A stretch of 50,043 nt of DNA. It comes from Octopus bimaculoides. Lineage: Eukaryota. A program made the translations under genes and the position numbers. The notes under the pieces are model-generated. The model made no database searches and was not told the origin of the DNA. It saw only the letters and a program-made list of their open reading frames with translations. Position 1 is the first letter of the stretch. Every line of letters starts with the position of its first letter. Shown piece after piece: positions 13,347-22,808 of this stretch. The DNA is taken from positions 16,820,644-16,870,686 of the forward strand of contig NC_068983.1 of NCBI RefSeq assembly GCF_001194135.2, written 5' to 3'.

Positions 13347-13558
13347 GTGGTGAGCTGGCAGAAACGTTAGCATGCCAGGCCAAATGCTTAGTGGTATTTC
13401 ATCTGTCTTTATGTTCTGAGTTCAAATTCCGCTGAGGTCAACTTTGCCTTTCATCCTTTCGGAGTTGATGAATTAAGTACCAGATGCATATTGGGGTCGA
13501 TCTAATCAACTGGCCCTCCTCCACAAAAATTTCAGGCCTTGTGCCTAGAGTAGAAATG
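13347..13558 (+). mobile_element. tRNA-derived SINE with Meta-like central domain, 20-bp TSD
   Basis: CTTTCATCCTTTCGGAGTTGATGAATTAAGTACCAG domain. TSD AATAATTAGATGTTTATAAG at 13327-13346 and 13559-13578. The MetaSINE assignment is from memory. Related copies at about 2620, 20430, 32610, 33975, 39370, 45345 and 45575. Confidence 0.75.
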
Positions 13559-13575
13559 AATAATTAGATGTTTAT

Positions 13576-13689
13576 AAGTTATTAGGTGTTTTCAAAAGTT
13601 ACTCTGGTAGGAGTTCTTTTTCAAAATGTTTGAAAATTCTTAAGTGAGAAACTCCTACCAGAGTCACTTTTATAAACACCTTGTAACTT
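13576..13689. repeat. Small inverted repeat, 40-bp arms
   Basis: AAGTTATTAGGTGTTTTCAAAAGTTACTCTGGTAGGAGTT versus AACTCCTACCAGAGTCACTTTTATAAACACCTTGTAACTT. Confidence 0.75.
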
Positions 13690-13690
13690 C

Positions 13691-13868
13691 ATCATCATCA
13701 TCATCATCGTTTAACGTCCGCTTTCCATGCTAGCATGGGTTGGACGATTTGACTGAGGACTGGTGAAACCGGGTGGCAACACCAGGCTCCAGTCTGATTT
13801 GGCAGAGTTTCTACAGCTGGATGCCCTTCCTAACGCCAACCACTCAGAGAGTGTAGTGGGTGCTTTTA
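13691..13868 (-). mobile_element. Family A copy truncated by gap
   Basis: (ATC)n followed by the reverse complement of the family A tail. Confidence 0.85.
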
Positions 13869-14587
13869 NNNNNNNNNNNNNNNNNNNNNNNNNNNNNNNN
13901 NNNNNNNNNNNNNNNNNNNNNNNNNNNNNNNNNNNNNNNNNNNNNNNNNNNNNNNNNNNNNNNNNNNNNNNNNNNNNNNNNNNNNNNNNNNNNNNNNNNN
14001 NNNNNNNNNNNNNNNNNNNNNNNNNNNNNNNNNNNNNNNNNNNNNNNNNNNNNNNNNNNNNNNNNNNNNNNNNNNNNNNNNNNNNNNNNNNNNNNNNNNN
14101 NNNNNNNNNNNNNNNNNNNNNNNNNNNNNNNNNNNNNNNNNNNNNNNNNNNNNNNNNNNNNNNNNNNNNNNNNNNNNNNNNNNNNNNNNNNNNNNNNNNN
14201 NNNNNNNNNNNNNNNNNNNNNNNNNNNNNNNNNNNNNNNNNNNNNNNNNNNNNNNNNNNNNNNNNNNNNNNNNNNNNNNNNNNNNNNNNNNNNNNNNNNN
14301 NNNNNNNNNNNNNNNNNNNNNNNNNNNNNNNNNNNNNNNNNNNNNNNNNNNNNNNNNNNNNNNNNNNNNNNNNNNNNNNNNNNNNNNNNNNNNNNNNNNN
14401 NNNNNNNNNNNNNNNNNNNNNNNNNNNNNNNNNNNNNNNNNNNNNNNNNNNNNNNNNNNNNNNNNNNNNNNNNNNNNNNNNNNNNNNNNNNNNNNNNNNN
14501 NNNNNNNNNNNNNNNNNNNNNNNNNNNNNNNNNNNNNNNNNNNNNNNNNNNNNNNNNNNNNNNNNNNNNNNNNNNNNNNNNNNNNNN
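13869..14587. other. Assembly gap (others: 9747-9756, 18480-18722, 29426-29727, 31796-32180, 38960-38969, 49217-49475)
   Basis: N runs. ORF-track entries spanning them are artefacts. Confidence 0.99.
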
Positions 14588-14639
14588 CACTGCCATGTAG
14601 CATGGTTGTTCGTACGCATGCGTCATACAGTCTGCCTTT

Positions 14640-15050
14640 TACTCTGAGTGAGAGTCCCTTTGTCGCCAGCAGGGGTAAGAGCTCTCTAAACTTTGCCCAG
14701 GCTATTCTTATTCTAGCAGCTACACTTTCAGCGCACCCACCCCCACTACTAACTTGGTCGCCCAGATAGCGGAAGCTATCGACTACCTCTAGTTTTTCAC
14801 CCTGGAATGAGATAGAAGTTGTTTCCTGTTTGTTTGCAGTCTTTATTGCACCTGAACATCTGCCACAAACAAAAACTAACTTGCTAGTTAACCTGCCTTT
14901 GATGTTGCTGCACCTCTTATGTGTCCATAGCTTGCACCGGGTACATCTTATAGAGTTACTACCTACTCCATTTATTAAAGTGGAAAAATTATCAGAAAAG
15001 TCATTTCTATTGGCTTTACTTCACCATTTCTATTTATTTTTTTCAGGTAC
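14640..15050 (-). mobile_element. RTE-like LINE fragment, well preserved
   Basis: Minus-strand translation CTRCKLWTHKRCSNIKGRLTSKLVFVCGRCSG...LEVVDSFRYLGDQV...ARIRIAWAKFRELLPLL. Confidence 0.88.
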
Positions 15051-15634
15051 CAAGGACTTTCTATCTCTTATTCTACTATACACACACACACACACACATA
15101 CACACACACACACACAAATACACACGCATGCACGTGCACACACACACACACTAAAATAAATTATCTCAGATGACAGAAAGATTCCCAGAAAGCTACAGCA
15201 TTGGTTGATTGTATGCCCCAAACAACCACAATGCAGGGAAGTAACATGTCTAGAATATTTAATGTTTTGAGTAAGACATGTGACTCTGATAGGCACTGAT
15301 AAAAGTTATGTGGCCTATATAAAGTCTGTGTTGTTAAGTGTTGTATTCTAGAAAATAACTGACTATAGCTAAACCAGAATATTTCTATTGATGGCTCTGT
15401 GTGTGTTGTGTGTGTGTTGTTTGAGAAAGAGGCTTGTCACTTGAGAAAGCCGGATGTGTGCTATAAAGTGACTGTGTGGGAAGATACTGTTTTTTCCCTT
15501 TTGTGAAAGTCAGAGGAGGTGGAGGAGGGGAAGGAAAGAGTTAATACAGTTCTATATTTAAGAGATGAGGAATTATTTACATTATTTACATTATTTATAT
15601 TTGACGGATATTTGTCCTCATCTTCTTTGTTGTT

Positions 15635-15680
15635 AACACAACGTTTCGGCTGATATACCCTCCAGCCTTCGTCAGGCGTC
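15635..15680 (-). ncRNA. Minimal type I hammerhead ribozyme, inverted copy
   Basis: Reverse complement reads GACGC-CTGACGA-A-GGCTG(gagggtatat)CAGCC-GAA-ACGT-T|GTGTT. It differs from the + copy at one stem I base, which becomes a G-U pair. Confidence 0.72.
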
Positions 15681-15925
15681 TTGGGGAAATTTCGAACCTG
15701 GGTTCTCATTCCTAACGATGTTACTATTATTATATTATTATTATTAACCACTACGCCATATGCCCACGGGCATATGGCGTAGTGGTTAAGAGCGCAGGCT
15801 ACCAACCCCAAGATTCCAAGTTCGATTCATGGCAGCGACCTGATTAATAATAGTAATAATAATAATAATAATATAATAATAGTAACATCGTTAGGAATGA
15901 GAACCCAGGTTCGAAATTTCCCCAA

Positions 15926-15971
15926 GACACCTGACGAAGGCTGGAGGGTATATCAGCCGAAACGTTGTGTT
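15926..15971 (+). ncRNA. Minimal type I hammerhead ribozyme (Penelope-type, dimer-competent)
   Basis: GACAC-CTGACGA-A-GGCTG(gagggtatat)CAGCC-GAA-ACGT-T|GTGTT. Contains core CUGANGA, 5-bp stem II, GAAA, palindromic ACGU in place of stem III, GUU cleavage triplet (after 15966), and stem I GACAC/GTGTT. Confidence 0.75.
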
Positions 15972-18237
15972 AACAACAAAGAAGATGAGGACAAATATCC
16001 GTCAAATGTAAATAATGGAAAGAGTTAATATCAGTGAATTTTTTCTTTATTTTTTTGTGGTAGTGGTCACAATTTCTGTCTAGTACCCAAATATGTCTCA
16101 GATAATGGCAATATAAGCACCCAAGAGAAAAAATAACAGTAAAAAAAACCCAGTATGGCTTGGCAGTCTTTTAGACAGTAGGAAAGCACTCTTTTGCCAA
16201 AGCAGAAATATTTACTATTTAATTATAACTACCGTATTTTAACGTGTACTAGCAGGGGTACCAAAGTAAAACCTGCATGATTTTACTTAATCCTTGGACC
16301 AGAAATAGAACCAAATATTGAACAAAACATTTCTGTAATTCCACGAAATGGATTAGAACAAGCCAAGTTTAGAGAAAGTTACTAATGCAAAATCTTCACT
16401 CACTTAGAGTATTGTTAGACATTTTAAGAATTTCCATGAATCTCCTTAGAATAAAAACCTGTCAGACAAACAGATTTATGTCATATTGATATAAAAACAG
16501 GAAACATCTATTCAGGGAAATTTCCATCTGACTGATTCAAGAAGAATTAGATTGTTTTCAGTAAACAATTGTAAATGTGATACTTGTAGTACAATCAATT
16601 ACTGAGAAAGACTAAATCTTCAAAATTCCATTGATTATATTGATTCAATTTAAGTGACATTAAGAATTTTAGTGATGTAATAGAAATAAGATTAAGTTAT
16701 TGAAAAATTAAATAGCATGTATATTTCCAGTTGATTTTGTATATATATATAATCATCATCATTATTATCATCGTCATCATCATCATCATCATCATCATCA
16801 TTTAACATCTGTTGTCTATGCTGGCATGGGTTGGATGGTTTGATCAGGGCCAGTAAACTGAGGGGCTGCACCAGACTCTAGACTAATTTGGTATGGTTTC
16901 TATGGCTTGATGCCCTTCCTACAGCCAACCATTCCAAGAGTGTAATGGGTGCTTTGATATGCCACCAGTATGGGTGCCAGTTGCATGACACCAGTATCTG
17001 CCATGACTACAATTTCACTTGGCTTGATGGGTCTTCTTCTCAAGTACAGCATATTGCCAAAGGTCTCAATCATTTGTCATTGCCTCTGTGAGGTCCAATG
17101 CTCAAAAGGTGAGAGAAACCTATGGTTGTTAACAGAAGTAAACGCTCTCCGAATTTTCTCCAGTCTATTCTTATTCTAGCTATTACATTCTCCATGCAAC
17201 TTCCTGTGATCAAAAGTTTGTACTGTACAAAAGCTCACTTCATCCATCAAACAGACATTGCCTGTACAGATGCATAGTGTGCCACATGTCAGATGTTGAA
17301 GTGGTTGCAGAGCAACATGAGATGAAAGGTTTTGCTTAAGAACACAATGCGTTGCTCAGCTCAGGAATTAAAACCATGATCTCACAATCGTGAATGCAAA
17401 ACCCTAAGCCATGCCTAGCAGTTAAAAAACAGCATAAAAATAGATGTGCCTTATTTGAAAGAGTAGTAACAGTGACAGCTGTTCTACGGTGCAATTTATA
17501 ATGTGGTTGCTCTGCAATCAACAGATAGGTGGTTCAAATTCTAGTCTTAGGTGGAACTTCTTAGATCAGGAATAAACAACAATATATTACAATTGTAATG
17601 ATGGTTGTGCAGTTGAGAAGCTCACTTTGCAACCCTGGAATTTGGGTTCATTCCCATGGCATGGCACCTTGGGTAAATGTCTTCTAAGATAGCCTCAGGC
17701 TGACCAGTGCCTTCTGAATGAATTTGATAGATGGAAACTGTGTGCAAGCCCGTTCTGTATGTGCAGGTGTGTGTGTGTGTGTGCACGCGCGCATGTGCAC
17801 ATGCACCTTTTTGTTTGTGTTTGTCCCCATCACCATTTGATAACCCATGTTGATTTGTTGACGCTCCCACAACTTAGCAGTTCAGCAAGTAGATACCAAT
17901 ACAATAACTATTAGACATTAACAAAAGTGAGTAGTGAGGTCGATTCGTTTGATTAAAATCCTTCCAGGCATTGTCCCAGGATGGCCGCGATACAATGGCA
18001 AAAACAAAGAAAGATAATAGAATCAATGAAAGAAGCCCCTCCATGGCCACTCGATCTGCTAGAAATGGCAGCTAAATCTCTCTCAGTTTACACCTTATTG
18101 TCTTTAATAAAGGATCACAAGTAGATAATGTGGTGGAAAGCTGGCTGGAACGCTTTTGATCAGAAGGCTTGGAGTTGTATTAACATCGCAGCCATAATGG
18201 TAATAATGATAATATTTTGACTGCTAGAAGAACGAAT

Positions 18238-18412
18238 GAGAGAAAGTTGTGGTGAAAGAGTAGAGCAGGGTTCGCCACCATCCCCTGCCAGAGCCACGTA
18301 GAGCTTTATGTGTTTTCGCTCAATAAACACTCACAACGCCCGGTCTGGGAATCGAAACCGCGATCCTATGACCGCGAGTCCGCTGCCCTAACCACTGGGC
18401 CATTGCGCCTCC
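18238..18412 (-). mobile_element. tRNA-derived SINE (family B), head and 5' body
   Basis: Reverse complement GGAGGCGCAATGGCCCAGTGGTTAGG...GGTTTCGATTCCC with A/B boxes; near-identical to 40028-40200. Confidence 0.8.
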
Positions 18413-18448
18413 ACTCATGCATACATACATACACATGCATACATACAG

Positions 18449-18479
<31 letters not shown>

Positions 18480-19199
18480 NNNNNNNNNNNNNNNNNNNNN
18501 NNNNNNNNNNNNNNNNNNNNNNNNNNNNNNNNNNNNNNNNNNNNNNNNNNNNNNNNNNNNNNNNNNNNNNNNNNNNNNNNNNNNNNNNNNNNNNNNNNNN
18601 NNNNNNNNNNNNNNNNNNNNNNNNNNNNNNNNNNNNNNNNNNNNNNNNNNNNNNNNNNNNNNNNNNNNNNNNNNNNNNNNNNNNNNNNNNNNNNNNNNNN
18701 NNNNNNNNNNNNNNNNNNNNNNCAATATGAAGAGCAATCTTCAGCTGCACGAAAATGCAGAAAAAAGACATATTATAAATGTGGCAACATATTAAATCCA
18801 AGTGGGAGAGAGCATACATAAAATCCAAATGTGAGGAAGAATATATAAGTCCATCTTGACATAGCGGAGTCTATCAGGCTAGTAATTGATTCTAGACAAA
18901 AGTTTTAACTGTCTCAGAATTCTATTGTTTCTTATCTAGTGGTGATAGCAGAGGGACAATTACTTCTAAAAAGAGGGAAGGTGTAAGCAGTATGCATGGA
19001 CAAGGCTATAAAAGTATTAGAATCTAGAGGTTTCACTGGTCATAGTAGTATCAGGTCATTTTATTACTATCAAAATGTTGAGGAATTAATGTTGAGGAAT
19101 TATAGCCCTATATATATATATATATACATACATGTACACACATACATACACATACATTTACACACACACACATACTTACATACATAACTACAGAAAACT

Positions 19200-19440
19200 G
19201 CTTCAAAACCTCCAGTTCTTATATCTAGATTATAATTCACATTTATGCCAATATTTAGTGTACTTGGTTTTGTGAGTGGATGCCTAAGTGACTATTTTGA
19301 TAAACTGGGGTTTTCAGAAAAAGATATCAACCACCTTATTTATACATTATAAAAACAATCTGTTAAGTAGATCTGTAAAAATATGCAAGGGTGTTCTCAA
19401 GTTTAAAAAGTGAATTTGTTACTGTTATCGACATTCAAAC
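19200..19440 (+). mobile_element. RLE-clade non-LTR retrotransposon C-terminal relic
   Basis: FTFMPIFSVLGFVSGCLSDYFDKLGFSEKDINHLIYTL*KQS...SVKICK resembles RLE C-termini (FIPIIIGALG...LGF). Confidence 0.5.
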
Positions 19441-19494
19441 AATAGAACATTCGTATCTCAGTTAGAAACCAGCTCCTTCCCCAGAGGAAAATTT

Positions 19495-19960
19495 CAAATG
19501 ATTAAAAGCAGAAGAGGACATGCATGCATACATACATACATACATACACACTTACATACATACACACACACTTACATATACACATGCATATATACATGCA
19601 TATACAAACATACATACATACATATACATATACAAACATATACATACATACACAAAAATACGTACATATATGTATGCATACACACACAAACATACATACA
19701 TACGTGCACATACAAATGATTAAAAGCAGAAAAGGACATGCATACATACATAAACACACACATACATATACACATGCATACATACATACATATACAAACG
19801 TACATTCATGCATACATACACATTTACATATACACATGCATATACAAACATATATATATGCATACACATAGATATACAAACATACACTCATACATACATA
19901 CTCAAAAATACGTACTTATATACATGCATACGCACACAAACATACATACAGGCACATGCA
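19495..19960 (+). repeat. Tandem duplication of a (CATA/CA)n-rich block
   Basis: Anchor CAAATGATTAAAAGCAGAA.AGGACATGCAT at 19495 and 19713; anchor CAAAAATACGTAC occurs twice. Confidence 0.75.
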
Positions 19961-20979
19961 TACGTACATACATACACATACATATACACAATCATTCACA
20001 CACATACGTACATATACAAACATACACACATGCATACACACAAAAGACATATATTCATATATGCTTGTGTACATACAGACAGACAGACAGAAGAAATTGC
20101 TTGAAATATACAATCAGTAGAATGGCATTGAATATAAGGAAATCTTTAATTGGAGTTGCTTAGGCAGCTGAATTGCAAGAGCAATACAATTAAGAATTTG
20201 ACTTGCAGCAAAAGAATCCGTCTATTATAGGGACATAAAAATCATACAGTCTAGTCTTTTGCCATTATTAATACGTAATAAACTGACTAGTTCTACCATA
20301 CTGGTGTTCGGCAATAAAGCCAGCTTTTGATAGTGGGTCTGTTTCACATCTTCAACCTCCCTTCCATACTACCTGGACTGGTGTCTAGTCAGAGTCAAAT
20401 AATTCTACTAAGGTACAAAACCTGAAACATCGGCACCAGTGCTCAACTGGTATTTATTCTGTCGATTCTGAAAGGATGAAAGGCAAAATCGACCTCGGCG
20501 GAATTTGAAACCAGAATGTAATGAGTCAGAAGAAATGTTGCTTTGCATTTTGTCCAACACACTAACGATTCTTAATTAGAATAAAATAACAGTGAAAGCT
20601 GCAACCGCAGAACAAAACACATAAGTTCATTTTTCTTGCCGGTGTTTGTGGAGCACCGGTTTACTTATTTTGATCTCTTTCATTCTTTCCCTAACTTCTC
20701 CGTGATCGACCGAGGTTCACATATACAACAATGTCTCTCTCTACATGACCTCTCGCCCCTTTTATGACGTCTCCTTCGTTCTCTCTCTTTGATGTTTATC
20801 TCTATCCTCTCTTTCTCCTGACCATCCTCTTTTTATTATTCTTTCACTTTATAACAACTTCTGTGAAACCTCTGTCTCTTACTCATTAATTCTTTCAATA
20901 ACATATCAATTATCTCTCTTTTGATTTTTTCTCCTCTTTCTTTCTAGTTTTACATATACCTCTCCTATCTATTTCACCA

Positions 20980-21151
20980 CCCCTCTCTCTCTCCCTCTCT
21001 CTCTCTCGCTCCCTCTCTCTCTCTCCCTTTGTGACACATTCACTATACACATTCGCCTTCAGTGCTCGTGATATATATACAAAACAGCCGTCCAGCGCTG
21101 CTGATAGTTATATTATGTCAGATCGGTTCTTCGTCGATCTTTTCAAACGAT
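20980..21151 (+). promoter_or_regulatory. Probable SLC12A9 proximal promoter and 5'UTR: (CT)n tract then initiator-like TCAGT
   Basis: (CT)n at about 20982-21027. TTCAGTG at 21058-21064 lies about 90 nt before the ATG. The region is CpG-rich. The TSS cannot be proven from sequence; the same site could be a splice acceptor. Confidence 0.4.
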
Positions 21152-21500
21152 ATGGCAGAAAGCGACAACACCAAAGCCACAGAATTCTCTGGTTATGCTA
21201 CTTCGGGTGAGCTGGATACTGACAGCTTTAGAGATGACCACAGAATCGTATATTCAGAGAGCACACCTATTTTAAGGTCGCAGTGGGTCTGGAGACTACA
21301 CCGATCACTGAGTAATGCCAGCCTGGAATATAGTAGCACGTACCCTCCATCATACGATTGCATCTCGAATCCATTGTCCCAACAGAGAAACCATGACGGA
21401 CGACGGAATTCCTCATCCATGCGGACCTTGGGAACATTTGCAGGAGTATTTTGTCCTGTGTCCCTATCTATGTTTAGTACCTTCCTATTTCTACGAGCAG
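21152..21500 (+). CDS. SLC12A9: SLC12A9-like cation-chloride cotransporter, coding exon 1 (MAESDNTK...RTLGTFAGVFCPVSLSMFSTFLFLRA+G)
   Basis: ATG at 21152 has G at -3 and +4. The translation ends in LGTFAGVFCPVSLSMFSTFLFLRAG, matching the SLC12 TM1 region (human SLC12A9 LSTFLGVVVPTVLSMFSIVVFLRIG, from memory). Phase-1 donor CAG|GTTGGT at 21501. Confidence 0.9.
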
Positions 21501-22363
21501 GTTGGTATTTATTAATCTTTCCTACTGTTATCATTGTTGTTAGTGATAATTGTTATTTTAAATATATTCATTTCGATAAGATCGGTAATGTTTTAGAAAA
21601 GGCACGATCGTGAGAGTTATTTATTTTCCCTATCAACGGAAATTAATCTTAGGACTTGTGACTAATGATTTGTCATCGATTCTGACTCAGTACTGGAGGG
21701 AGATATTCCAATACCTAGCAACAGTCCTCAATTGTTATTATCCAATGGTCGATAAAATAAGTGAACGTAATATATTTTGGTCGTTTTAAGTTGTAATATC
21801 CCTTTTTTTGAAAATATTGGAGTCATTTGCTTGATCAAAAGAAATCGGCAGTCTCTCAGAATGCCAAGAAATCATTGTTGAAAGCTAGAAATTTCCGGGC
21901 GAAGTTACTAACCGTCCTAATTCACTTCGTCACCTCAAAACTGAGTTAGTTCTTACTTTTCATTCCAAACGTGTATATAAATAAGTACCAGAAATGTAAT
22001 CAATTGATTTAATCAACACTTCTTTGGCAAAATTGCTCTTGTCCACACTCAAAATAAAGCAGCTTTGTCGTCCTCATCATTCTTATACGATCTGAGACAA
22101 AAACACAACACCCCACGTATTAATCATACAAACACACTGTTTATATTCTGGACGATCGCACACCCACTTTTCATTTTCATAACATTACCCACAACAGATA
22201 TACAACTAATAAAATAGGGATTTTATTCGAATCACTACAACTTCAAAACAAACGAGCCTTTTGAAAAAACAATTTATTTCACATTCTTTCATTTATTCTT
22301 TATACTATTTCCTTTATTATTACGTCATCACTCAAAGCGGTGTGTGTGAGTGTTTATTTATAT

Positions 22364-22417
<54 letters not shown>

Positions 22418-22529
22418 ATACATTCACACATATGTGTGTGGGTGTGTCCATTATTACAAATGCTCATTTTCTCGTGCACGTTTATAAGCGCGCGTGTGTG
22501 TGTGTATATATATATATATAGATATATGG

Positions 22530-22772
22530 TAATCTTCAAGTTTAGGTGGATAAAAAAATAAATAAAAATATTCAAGGGAAGTAACTGAACGTCTTACCAG
22601 TATTCTCCGTACATCTCTGTTTATAAATAAATCACACACGTGATTTGATTGACGTTAGGGTTAGGGTTTGATTTATTTATAAACAGCTAGAAGAAAACGG
22701 ATAATACTGGTAAGACGTTCAGTTACTTCCCTTGAATATTTTTTTTTTTTTTTTATCCCCCTAAACTTGAAG

Positions 22773-22776
<4 letters not shown>
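22530..22776. repeat. Foldback (MITE-like) inverted repeat with about 105-bp arms and (TTAGGG)2 in a 34-bp loop
   Basis: 22530-22634 is the reverse complement of 22669-22776 with a few mismatches; flanked by (TA)n. Confidence 0.9.

Positions 22777-22808
<32 letters not shown>

Larger units (their letters stand above)
15547..16016. mobile_element. Palindromic retroposon insertion: tRNA-like head, (TAA)n and hammerhead-bearing tail, duplicated in inverted orientation
   Basis: Arms about 15590-15745 and 15860-16016 are near-perfect reverse complements (2 mismatches seen outside the TAA tract). 14-bp direct repeat GGAAAGAGTTAATA at 15533-15546 and 16017-16030. Box A TGGCGTAGTGG 15775-15785; box B GTTCGATTC 15820-15828. 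Confidence 0.8.

Noticed and set aside
13711-14647. 245-302 aa ORFs
   Set aside because: They run through N gaps, as do those at 18.3, 29.2, 31.7 and 49.2 kb.
15768-15840. Possible tRNA gene
   Set aside because: A/B boxes are present but I could not build an acceptor stem or cloverleaf, and it is embedded in a TSD-flanked retroposon. The same holds for heads at 18238, 29045 and 40028.
19498-20163. Multiple 65-141 aa ORFs rich in H/T/Y/I or V/C/M
   Set aside because: Translations of (CATA)n/(CA)n microsatellites. The same applies to ORFs at 11399-11679, 22261-22575 and 23429-23862.
21062-21151. Upstream in-frame extension given by the ORF track (MLVIYIQ...)
   Set aside because: It starts at GTG, has no family similarity, and the ATG at 21152 has good context. 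The ORF tail after 21500 is intron read-through.
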